Shown in pieces: positions 51,097 through 62,639 of a stretch of 64,000 nucleotides of DNA. How positions within the stretch are numbered: the stretch's first letter is position 1; every line of letters begins with the position of its first letter. Position numbers and translations under genes: made by a program. This DNA comes from Botryllus schlosseri (taxonomy: Eukaryota): the NCBI GenBank assembly GCA_051294905.1, contig CM119371.1:16060001-16124000 (forward strand), read 5' to 3'. A model generated the notes under the pieces. It did not search any database. It worked only from the letters and a program-made list of their open reading frames with translations, and was not told the origin of the DNA.

Positions 51097-53029
51097 TTGT
51101 ACAGCAACAATCGTATCATAAAATATGACGTCACCGGCATGAAATTTCGAATAACCGAAGCGGAGAGAGAGGTTAAGATCCATTAACTGCTTGACACTTC
51201 AAGAGATGTTTTTAAGTGGGTATCTGTGACGATCTTGTTTCTGCGCACTCTTCTGTCGATCTGAATTGAAGTTTACATACCTGGTTCAGATTATTAGGAT
51301 TTCATAGATTTAGCCTCCCAATCTTTCAAACCTCACATTTACTACCATCTTCTGGGATGAATGTGTTACGAGTCGCATAAATGATGAGAACTTTTCAATA
51401 AAGTCGTATCCCAATTGCACACCATCCTCCGATCATGTTTACGATGTATCTGGGGGGTCACAAATACTGCATACTATTCCAAGATCTAGGTCAATGTCTC
51501 ATAATCTTTTTAGCGCTCAAACCCCTTGAACATTCATGATTTTTTTTCTCGTACCCTCTATCGCGGATCGAGGCAGCACTTTGTAAGGCCACCACAAACG
51601 CTGGTCCTGGCTCCCGTAGGGCATTTAACGTACCTTCTGTGGATTTCAGGAACAGGATGCATTTCAGCGACCGTATATATCAACATTGAAGGATTCGCCA
51701 ACCTGCTGTGTCTTCAGCGTACAAATGTTGATATCCGTAACCCCGTGATGCATTTTACTTGGTTGCTGATACACCGAAACGTCATAGGCTTTAGTATGTT
51801 TTGAGACAGAAGTTACAGTGGGTGTCACAATGGCGGTGTGTGATAGTCCCGCATTAGCAGATCTCTCACCCCATAGGGAAAAACAGCCAATCGGCTTCAA
51901 GCCGCCATTCTCTCATAATTACGAAAATGGCTCCAGGCGTTCTGCAACTTATGTTTTATTTTTTATTATTATTCCGCTACTATTTTGTCGGAGGGATGGC
52001 ATAGCTAAATATCTGTTGAAACGAAATCGTGCCACGCGCGAAGAAAATTTTCGAACTGCAAAATTCCGGCCAATAATAATCCACTTTAGGTTGATTTGCA
52101 AAATAATTCAATTCAATAAATTGCATATTATTTCTCACTGCATCTTGTGATTCTGATATTGGTGCTTCGTACCCCTAAGCGGTACCTGGACTGCTGGTAG
52201 AACCGCTGATCTAGAGAGTCCGGTGCAGCGTATTGTCGACAATAAAAGTCCGTCAAACAACGCTGACTATCGAGATATTTAACAGATGTAATCAAGGAGC
52301 ACGGTTATAGAATGATGAGGTGTTGAGAATGAGCACAGCCTGGATGAGAACGACGGCGGTCTAAATATTTCAATAATTCAGTAATTTCAACACCAGTTTA
52401 TGACGCACAAAAAGACGATGCATCAGACTCGAATCAAGAATCAGGCTATATAGTGGCTCATCAGACTAGTGACACGTTTCGCATACGCACTACCTCATAG
52501 GAGTCGAAAGGCGGAGACGATTGGCTTGACTGCATTACGGCGCGTCATTTGTCGGGATATTCTGACATATTACCTTCGCAATGATTACCTCTCAATGCTT
52601 TGCAATTGCTCACAAGTAGCACTTTCGCAATGGTTATATTTGCCACATATGCAGGCACAACAGTTGTGATTGATCTCAATCATTGCACGTAACAGAACAC
52701 TGGTTACCAAGATCCTAACAACGGCTCTCGAGGCCGCATGTGGCTCCAAGGTAGTCTTCTTGCGGCTCTGCTTAACCTCTAAATATGCCACAAAAGATAA
52801 TAGACGACAGTTGCTGTTTGTTTCTATGACTTGAATAGTTATAGTCAATTTCCGTATATGAATGCTAAAATGAGGGATATTAGTTATGTCTAAAGCCGTC
52901 CAAGGCCGCTTTTGAAAACAGAGAAAAAGAATTCTTGCAGAAGCGTCAAACGCATGGATGAATACGAATCATCAGACAAGGATATATCTTGAGTTCTGCT
53001 GGTCGTAGACCTTTATATATAGTCTATGT

Positions 53030-53335
53030 CAGGGGTTCTCAACCTGGGGGGCGCGTGAAACATCTGATGGGGGGCGCGAAGAAGCGATCACCTGAAAAAA
53101 TATTTTGCGCTCTGCGCGATTTAGCCTACCTCCAATACACGCGTGTTTCTCTCTTTATAGACCCAATTTCCTATTTTTTATTCTCTCATCAACATTCATA
53201 ACCGACCATACCACCAAATAATCTGTTGGGGTCGCTAGCATCCCGGTTGGATTTTGTGATATGACGATAAGGGGGGCGCGAAATTTTTCATTATCAAAAA
53301 GGGTGGCGTGTCTTAAAAAAGGTTGGGAACCACTG
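53030..53335. mobile_element. hAT MITE
   Basis: CAGGGGTTCTCAACC / GGTTGGGAACCACTG termini and perfect TSD GTCTATGT. Confidence 0.9.
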
Positions 53336-54434
53336 GTCTATGTGAAGAGTAAATTTCGACACAATTTTACTAACTTCAAAATAACCGCTCATAGTCAAGT
53401 ATAAATTGCAATTAGTCCAATATTACTCAGCGTATAATCCCACGCAAACGTGTGAATTAAGTGCTGGAATGTATGAATGAATAGCTATCACTTAATGATA
53501 TGCATTTTCAGTTTATCTCAATGTATAGCACTCGCCAATCTACGTCTATCAATGCTAAAATAACCGATTTAGAATCAATGTAAGTCTATGTGCATGCTTT
53601 TGAATTAGCTGAATGGTGAGTACCAGATGTATATGCTGGCTACATTTAAATTTTTGTTATACGTAGCCTGCTCGAGTGTTTCATGTGGCTCCATAAGAAC
53701 TTAGATGTTTGAGATGCGGCTCCAACATCAAAAAAAGGTTGGAAACCACTGATATAGAAACGCCCTTATATCGCAGTAATTGGCTTAATAACTGCATTTG
53801 TGGTTGTCTCTATTTTTACAAGTCATTTCGCCGTTGCTCGATTTCCCTATTTTATGCTAAAATGCGACATATTATTGGCATATCTCGAGCTGTGACGATG
53901 CCGCATCCAAATCGATGGATTGCGACAAGGAAACTAGGGCAAAGTACGACTCATACTGTTACTGATGCTATTAATGAAGTTACGTCGGCAATGCAGGTAT
54001 TTCAGCGTGAATTTCCAAATTTGAAGTCTGAGCGGCTTTTCCTCGAAAAATAAAACTAAATTCAGAGTGGATTCATCACTTGCTCCAAGTGCGCCATCAA
54101 TTCCTTTGGTAACATAATTTGGAGATGCTAAAATACGAAAAATTGATGATGATGTTGAGTGATGAGTGTCATTTTTGTTACAATGTACGAAAATATGTGG
54201 AAGCGTCGGCTGCAAAACTACAGCGAGAAGTCTACAGCGGTAACGAGCATCCTGTTATTCGTCGTTTAACGCTCGTAACTTTTTATGGATTGTAGCTGTA
54301 ATCCACTCAGAGGAAGCCGCTGTCAAAAATAAGGCATTGCGTAACGGTTTTGTTGCACAATCAAGTTAATAAAGTCGGGCGGGGCAAGCAATCTACTGGC
54401 CGTAAATATGCCTATAGCAGAACGGCCGGGGCCT

Positions 54435-54580
54435 TCAGATTCGTCCGGGCGGTAGCAATCGGTTTATTCCTTCAGCATCGTCCAAGACAAGCCACTAATC
54501 ACAATTAAGTTCTTCGAAACTATCTTCCTAAGAGATCTTCCAAATACCAACCCGGCTATAGTTGACATAGTTGTCATGAC
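54435..54580 (-). pseudogene. PLAT-gene paralog, last exon, degraded
   Basis: Acceptor TTTCCAG|G, then HDN..PGWYLEDL..EELNCD*WLVLDDAEGINRLLPPG, homologous to exon 4515-4681. Contains frameshifts, a deletion and an in-frame TAG. Confidence 0.85.
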
Positions 54581-55863
54581 CTGGAAATAACAGTGCCGGT
54601 ATGACAGCAAAGCAGTTTATCGACAATTAAACTTTATTCACGAGGATAAGGCCATAGCTTTAACTGCTACACTTAGGAGGATTTTTACGTAACGTGTCAA
54701 TCAGCTTGTCATACGCCGGGGGTTTTTAAGGAAGGGGCTGCGAAGGATATAATTTTGCGTGGCCACGGCACCAGATCAATCTTTTAATATGTATGTCAAA
54801 TGGATTTCTTGCAACGAAAAATTTATTCGTGCTTTGCGCGATTACATATGGTTGGTTCGTACGCATCCGAGGTCATTGTGTCTAATACTATAGCCAATAA
54901 GCGAGACACACAGAAAAGTTGTTACTACAATATGGCTATATCATGAAAATGTGTCGACCTTGGTCGATAAAATGGCTATATCATGAAAATGTGTCGACCT
55001 TGGTATTACACAGATCGGCTCGAATTCATGAGAAGATTTCTGGGAAGCGAGTGGCGCCAGCGTCACGACACCAATGGCAGTGGTTCGAATCCCGGTTCGG
55101 ACCAACTTCTATGTGTCGGGGGGGTTTCTCTGGGTTCCTCATCGCAGACCTCACTGCGGTTGCAGTGCATTGAAAAGCCCAGAACGAAAGTGAGCCGTGC
55201 TACAAGTCGACAGCAAAGACCACGACGGGGTCGGATGGATGTGAGAGAGTTTGACGTATGGATAAGCGAAAGATCGAAGAGGACCAGACCTGACCAGACC
55301 TCCCTCTGGCTATACGCTATTTCCCACCACTTCCACTTTTCACTTTCCCTCTTAAGCGCACGGAGCGCGAAAAATTTATATAATTTATGATTGAATGGGT
55401 CAATATGATCGGAACATGCATATATATGGCTATCAATTCTTATCCTATCAGTGCTCACGTAATCAGATTTACAGGTAGAGCTGAGTGAGGTGTGTTTGAA
55501 AAGGTAGGACCCCTCGATAATTATTAAACACCTTCGGGCGTATACCCGTTGGCAGGAACGAAACAGCACTTCGTCAGGCCCCCAAAAAAACTTGGGTCTT
55601 GGGTGCCCAGTGCCCACTGCCGATGGCGTGATAAATATACCCACAGTCACGTTGTTCGCTTTTGCCACGAAATTAGTCGTGCTTTTTAGTGAGCCAGCGC
55701 CATGCATAAATTTGTTGCATAAATTTAAAAAAATGCAGTCTATAATTATTGCTAATTCACTAAATAATTTTGGGCCCGCTTTGATCTCGGCCTCCCCCCC
55801 CCCCCCGATTGGGGGGTTTAGGTGCTGCAGTTACGGTCCTGGAGATGGCATGATGCTTTTGCA

Positions 55864-57870
55864 CAGGGCTGTGGAGTCGGTCAATTTTACCACCGACTCC
55901 AACTCCGACTCTACACATTCTCAATGTACCGACTCTGACTCTGACTCCGGCGAAGTCGTCGCAGCCCGGAGTAACTCCTACTCGCCTGTCGAAGCTAACC
56001 AACTGAAACCGTGATATATAGGCTACATGTGCGTCAGTCCCGGCATCTTCGCGAGCGGCGGTATGAACACGGATAGTGTATTGTGAACAAAAATAGATCG
56101 TTTATAATGTTGATACGAACCGTCATTCTAAAGATACGGGTAGATTGACTGGCATCAGGTAAATCATCATTTTCTTCGATAACATAATTTGGAGCTATTC
56201 ATATAAAAAATGCCAGATCATGATACTGATAAGTATGATTTTTCTGTCAATGTACGAAAAGATGAGAAAGCGTTGGTGGTGAAACCAATTTATAGCTGGA
56301 ATTCCAGATCGGTTGTTAGCAATCGGCTTTTCGTCGTACCAACGTTCGTAGTTCGATCTAGCAAGAAGTAATTTCCACGGCAAGTTCTCATGATATTAAC
56401 ATTTCTCGTCCGAGTTGTTGCGAATTGTAATCCTGCAAGTACACTATAACTCCCATCCATATTAAATTACGCGCGTTGGCATGAAGTGAAGCAGTTTGCT
56501 CGTTACTGATCTAGAATTCTTGAAAGAAAATCTGTTTTGCAACCGACACTCTCGCATATTTTCATATATTGACAGAAGGCGACACTTATCATCATGAATT
56601 TTCTCACTTGAATACCTCCAAATTATGTTATCAAAGGTAACGATGGCTCACCTAGTGTTATGCAGGTCTTTGGAGATGGAGTTAAGTTTTAACTGCTCCC
56701 GCTCCGGCTCCGAAGCTCTCTTCTATCATGAATTAGCTCCGGCTCTAGCTCCGAAGGTCATTGATATCGCTGCTCCGGCTCTAGCTCCGACTCCATAAAC
56801 TATCGAATGGTTCAGCCAGTAGTCAATAACTACCGTTGCGGCTATGAACACACCGGGGCCGTCGCGCCGAACCGTTATTTTTGCGGGTATGCAAAGTCAT
56901 GTGACATCATAATTGTCGAAACGTCATAGTCGTATGAGAACTCACTTTACTCCCGCGCATTGATGTGTACCGCATCAAAACTCTGATACTACGTTTTAAT
57001 ACCGGCCCTGAAATCGCCGGCAAATGCACAAAACAGATTATTACCTACTGGGAAACGCGCATCCAATCACTGATTCCTCTCTTATATCCAACTCCATGTG
57101 GTTGGGACATCGAGTTTACCAGCTGGCATCGCGAAAATTGTTCGCGTAATATAACGGCGTTCAGGGCTGCTTTGATGCGTTCCTCTATTTACGTTTACAG
57201 ATACTCACAGTTTTACACGATCATGCGCATGATTGAATTCCAATTCGTAGGCATACGCAATAACATGCTGTTAAATTTTGCGGTGGATTTAAAAGCTATC
57301 ACCAAAGAACGGGCATTTGTTCGACTAATTCAGAGAGTAGACGGCGTATCTCTGCGCGCGCGCCTTCAAATCAACATGCGCAAGTGCAGCAAGGTCATGT
57401 TGATCCTCTGGCGTTGATTCCTCTAATTAGTCATTAGTGAATTTGCTCAGCTCACATACCGTCCAATCCCATTTTGTGAAATTTACAGGGATCAATATTT
57501 TTCGAACCTCACAATTGGCCACCAGTGTGTTGCTGATGACGAAATTGCCGGTATGACGGATACCCACGTCCCACAATACAGTAATTACGTAGCATGCGCG
57601 GCATATCTCGCAAACCCATGTTTAACGCGTTATGTATATTGAACAATTTAAACATGCTTAGTTAAAAAAGGTGGCACCAACGAGGTACCTATTCTTAATT
57701 TTTAGAACGATTACCGTCAAATTTTGTGAATTCGGCCAATAGCAGTATCATAGCATATTATGAGATACATCGGAGCCGGAGCTGCTTTCAAACAACCGGC
57801 TCCAGCTCTGGCTCCGCTGAAAATGCACGGTTCCGGGGCTCCGGCTCCTTGCCCCGGCTGTAAAGCCCTG
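55864..57870. mobile_element. Probable hAT-type non-autonomous element(s) with CCGACT / CCGGCT arrays
   Basis: CAGGGCT..AGCCCTG ends and subterminal hexamer arrays. No matching TSD, so it may be chimeric. Confidence 0.55.
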
Positions 57871-58327
57871 ATGCGATGTGACGAATCCACTCTCTATATT
57901 TACCCGTATATTCGGTGCATGGGTTCTTTATAGTATGGATCTCAAAGGGTATATATTCGGTTCACGAGCTCACGACCATACCAGAGCGAATGCTCAATAT
58001 GTATGTAACATTTTCTGACTTTTCTCAGCGCCTCGATGATGATGATGATTATGAGTGTCGTTTTTGTTGCAATGTACGAAAATATGTGGAAGCGACGGCT
58101 GCAAAACTATACAGCGAGAATTCTAGATCGTTAACGAGCATCCTGTTTTCGTTGTGCCAAAGCTCGTAATTTGATATAGCTTGTATAGCTGGTATCCAGT
58201 CGGAGGAAGTCGCTGCCAAAAATAATACATTGCGTCACGATTATTTCTCAATCAAGTCAATAAAGTTGGGTGAGGCAAATATTCACTGGGTCATAAATAT
58301 GCCTATAGCAGAACGACCGCGGGGACT

Positions 58328-58485
58328 TTAGCTCTGTCCGGGCGATAGCAATCGACTGATTCCTCCAGTTTCGTCCAAGGCAAGCCACTAATCGCAACAA
58401 AATTCTTCGTAGCTATCTTCACTATACATATACACCGAGAGATCTTCCAAATGCTAACCTTGCTTGCTGACAGAGTTGTCATGAC
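58328..58485 (-). pseudogene. PLAT-gene paralog, last exon, two in-frame stops
   Basis: Acceptor TTTTCAG|G, then HDNSVSKQG*HLEDLSVYMYSEDSYEEFCCD*WLALDETGGISRLLSPGQS*. The downstream motif TTTATTGACTTGATT is also in the intact gene's 3' UTR. Confidence 0.88.
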
Positions 58486-58741
58486 CTGAAAATAACAGTG
58501 CCGGTATGGTTGCAAAACAGTTTATCGACAATTCAACTTTATTCACGAGTAATGTCATATTTTTAAACCCTACACTTAGGATTATTTTTTGCATAACGTG
58601 TCAATCAATTTGTCATACACCGGGGGCTCTTAAAGTATGGGTCGCGAAGGGTATATATTCGGGTCGCGACCATACCAGAGCGATTACTTAATATGTTTGT
58701 AACATTTGCTGATATTCCTCCTTTTCGGCGCCTAGCTTTAC

Positions 58742-58889
58742 CGTCCAGGGACATGATGTTTCGACTAACAGGCACCTGTGCGAAGTACACATCTTTGGTG
58801 TGGCGTTGTTGCTGTTTTCCTATCATTTCCTGGTGCACATGAAAACGTGTCAATATATCCGATTGCATGATGTGTATTATTCGCAGGAA
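58742..58889 (-). pseudogene. Possible degraded sushi/CCP-domain exon
   Basis: AG..GT-bounded segment reading ..IGYIDTFSCAPG..TPHQRCVLRTGAC*SK.., which loosely fits the FSCxPG..C..GxWS pattern. Confidence 0.3.
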
Positions 58890-60097
58890 CTAAGATAAAT
58901 CAAATTCGTTTTCTGATACCACGTAATTGTTACGGTCTGTGTTTATTTTTGGAATAGTACACTTACACGATTAACTTCTGATACGAATCCAATGTATTAA
59001 ATTATTATGCCTGGTTTGCCATTATCTGGAATGAATGAGGTACAGGTTACTTTATTGGCATAAATGCTGAACACTTTGTTTGGAAGTCATGTCTTAATTT
59101 AGTTACGGTCGTGCTTGCCGTGAACTATTTGGCGAGAAACGAATATACTTCGTACTATTCCAAGACCTGGGGAGAGCAGCGTAAGTCAACGTACAAAGCT
59201 ATACAATTAAGCTCCGGCAAATGGACTCGATTGACGTATTATACTCGATTCGGTTTTAGACTGGTGACGTGTTGCGAATGGCATAGCCTGGATGAAAACA
59301 AATGGGGGGGGAGGGCAAATATTGCGTTAATTCACCAATTCCACAAGCATTATTTTACGACGTAACAAAGGCAGATGATATCATCTAATTCCAATCCAGA
59401 AGCAGACCAGTGGCGCAGATCACACTGACCCAGAAGAGTCGAGGGGTGGAAATCATTGGCTTAACTGCATTATGGCGTGCCATCCGGCCGGGATTCACTC
59501 AGAATTGCCCAAAGTAGTCAAGAAAGCTACTCAAGTATAAGTAAAAGTAGTCCTTTTCAAAATAATCCAGAACTGATATAAGTAGAATGTTGACTTTGAA
59601 AATTACTCAAGTGAGTAAGTAATTTCGAAAAGCAGTCGTAAATACACTCGTGGACACTAGGCAACCCAATATTGGAAACGGTCATAACCGGACGACGTGG
59701 AGAGTCCTACCTCCCAGGAGATTATTTTTTGTATAATTCAACAGCATGAGGATTAGCAATTGAATAGTATGTTGATATTGAATGGAACCGGGATATTTTA
59801 GGCTGAAATTCATCAGGGGTCATCGTCAGAGTAGAGAATCGGCAAGAACGTTGTATGTCAACAATCGTATCACAAAATTTGACGTCACCGGAATGAAATT
59901 TCAAATAATCGGAGCGATGAGAGCTTTTAAGTTCCATTAAATGGCTTGACACTTCAAACGATGCTTTTAGGGAGTGTTTGTGACGAATTTGCTTCTGCGC
60001 ACTATTCTGTCACCACGGCTTATACCTGAAAGGGTGTCATTATCACCGTACAGGCAGATCATCACAACCACCTATACCGAAAGGGTGGGGTCACCAA

Positions 60098-62458
60098 CAG
60101 ACATGAGGTGATTACTTCATGAATGTAATCGATTGCGATTACGATTACTTCTGAATGACGCGATTACGATTACGATTACAGTAAAATCAGGAAGTAGTCG
60201 ATTACGATTACGATTGCATTGGAAAAGTAATCACGATTACTCACGATTACATTTATTTTGCATCTTAGAAGTTATATCGGAAGACAATATATGGATTGCG
60301 CTGAAAAGGCCTGATGAGATAACATTAACATACTTCCTTAAAAAAGATGCGACATTTTCTTGTTACGTCATAATATACCCATTACCCATTTTTATAGATG
60401 ACGATTTATCGCACTAAACGATTTGCATTCTGGCCAGATCTATGACTGTCACACCCCAAATTTTCCAATATGGTGGGGAACGAGCTCGAACGGTACTCAA
60501 AAGTATGTCGTAAACCCACATAAATTATGGAGTATTTTCGAGAGATTTAATTAGGTTGAAAATTCTCACTAGATAGCTTGATTTTGGAATACATACGTGT
60601 CCTCCTCAAGAAGGAAAGCATACCTAATTAATAGCAGGGTATAGCATTTAAAACAAATAGTTGTTTAAAACACTGTTTAAAACATGTTTTAAACAGTGTT
60701 TTAAACAAAAGCATTCAAAAAACCTAAATCGTGGTATTTTAAGTTGTAAAATTATGCCATAATTGTGTAAATACTTTACAAAAAACATTTTGTATGAGCC
60801 TACGCACAATTACCAACAGATTTAGCCAATGTAAATCGATAAGAGATGGTTGGAACCCGCAAAATCGTGGGGTTCAACAGTTATAGTACAGATATTTCGT
60901 CAAAGGAGCTATATTTACCCTATATATTTTCAATTGTCAATGTCAATCCACTATGACGTCCCAATTGAATATTCGTGACGTAATGGCTTGAAGAAAAACA
61001 TGCATTAAAAAAGGGCCTTGTTTCATAGGCCTACATGTTTGCTTTAAATTGCTTTTTGTTTTAAATGCAACCCTAATTTATAGTAATTGTAGGCATTTAG
61101 GTTCCAGTCAATATCGTGCCACGACACATCAAAAGACATATGCAGTTTCGACCAAAACGCGACTTCACGAAGTGCGCTACTAAAGAAAGAACTCGGCCGA
61201 AACTTAGGGTTTGTGTCCATTGTCAATAGCCGCGCTGGGTGGGCCTGACTAATAGTCCGATCCTTCCAATCTGAGCCCACTATGCAGACGCCACCCGGGC
61301 ACCCACAGAGCATTAAAGACATGACAATTTGTACGGGCGTCTCACAAAAGTTTTTCTTTCAGTCTGCTACGTTTCGGATACAACAATATCTTTTGATTCT
61401 AACAGACTGGAGGTCATGAATTATCAACATACACTAAAGTAATTATAACAAGATACCAGACATTATAATTATGAATTACGTGCCCCCAGCTCTACAGGTA
61501 AATCTCACCATCGGGTGCTGGGAGATAATTAAAAATTAATAGTGATATAATGCAATTACCAATTTATTGACGAAATTCAGTCTTCAACTTAAAAATACCA
61601 CCCTCTGGGAGCCAAAGACCAACGTTTGCACTGGGGGACGAATTGCTGTTTTGGTACTGATTCTAGCTACAACTCACGCTAACATGATATATAAGCCCAT
61701 GGCTATGGCGGCGGGGCACAATGTTGAGTAAGAATTGTGAAATAACGATTGGCGCCCGTTTAAAGTAGAGTCATATGAGAATAATATGCAGAGAACATAA
61801 AATCCTGCCCGCAACTTGTTGCAGATAATGTACTGCAAGCTGCCGTCACGAGAAACGGAAAAAACGGCTTGGTTGTGATATATATCAGCAGCTGTTGATT
61901 TTAATGCTTCGTTGTGGAATTCGTAATGTTTTATTCGACGAGTACAAAATTTCAAATCTTTGTCCGGTGTACGTACGTAGGCTACTACATAGGCCTACTG
62001 CTCACCAAGCAGCAACGGCCAAACTGCTTTAACTATGCGTAACCAAACACCAATACGCAAGTTACTATTTTAAACTAAGAGTGATGATTAATTATCCTGC
62101 TGCGAGGTAGTGGTGTGTGGAACGTGTTGATAACCTGATATGCATCACTGCGGGTGTTCATACAATCACACTAATGTACGTACAGTCGTACACTCGTACG
62201 ATCGTACATCGAATATCTATTTACTGTGGATACTTCTTATGCAATGAAGAGCAAAGCTATGTCAAAGTTTATGTCAAAGTCCTTGTGCAAATGAAAAGTA
62301 ATCGTTCTTCCTCAAAGAAATCGATTAGATATGGGAAGTAGTCGATTACGATTACTTCGGAATTTTTTCGAATGTAATCGATTGCGATTACGATTACTTG
62401 AAAATGCTGTAATCGTCGTAATCGATTACGATTACTAATCGCGATTACCCCATGTCTG
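60098..62458. mobile_element. (GATTAC)n element, copy 2
   Basis: Same TIR, perfect TSD GTCACCAA, and colinear with 25491-28539. Confidence 0.9.
60635..61075. mobile_element. Nested MITE with TTTAAAAC repeats (relative at about 820-960)
   Basis: TSD ATTAATAG / ATTTATAG; empty site at about 27070 in copy 1. Confidence 0.78.
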
Positions 62459-62639
62459 GTCACCAACACGAGTTTTCTCGGCCCATCATCACCATAACCT
62501 CCTCCAAGGGTGGAATCACCGACGCGTGGCACATAGCACATCATCACCACATGGGGGTCTAAAAGGGTATTATTATCACCACCACGGGTTTTCGGGCACA
62601 TCACCACCTCGCCCATAAGAACCCTAGTAAGACCGATCA

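Noticed and set aside
55063..55707. 214-aa minus-strand ORF
   Set aside because: It spans a SINE-like piece and a shared MITE module that is not open in other copies.
54435..58889. TAG repeatedly found at conserved Trp positions (PLAT pseudo-exons, sushi-like exon, also Gypsy gag), suggesting stop-codon recoding or A-to-I rescue
   Set aside because: TGG to TAG is a single transition, most of these segments also carry frameshifts or lack upstream exons, and the intact PLAT gene uses TGG for Trp and TAG as its stop. Ordinary pseudogene decay explains the pattern.
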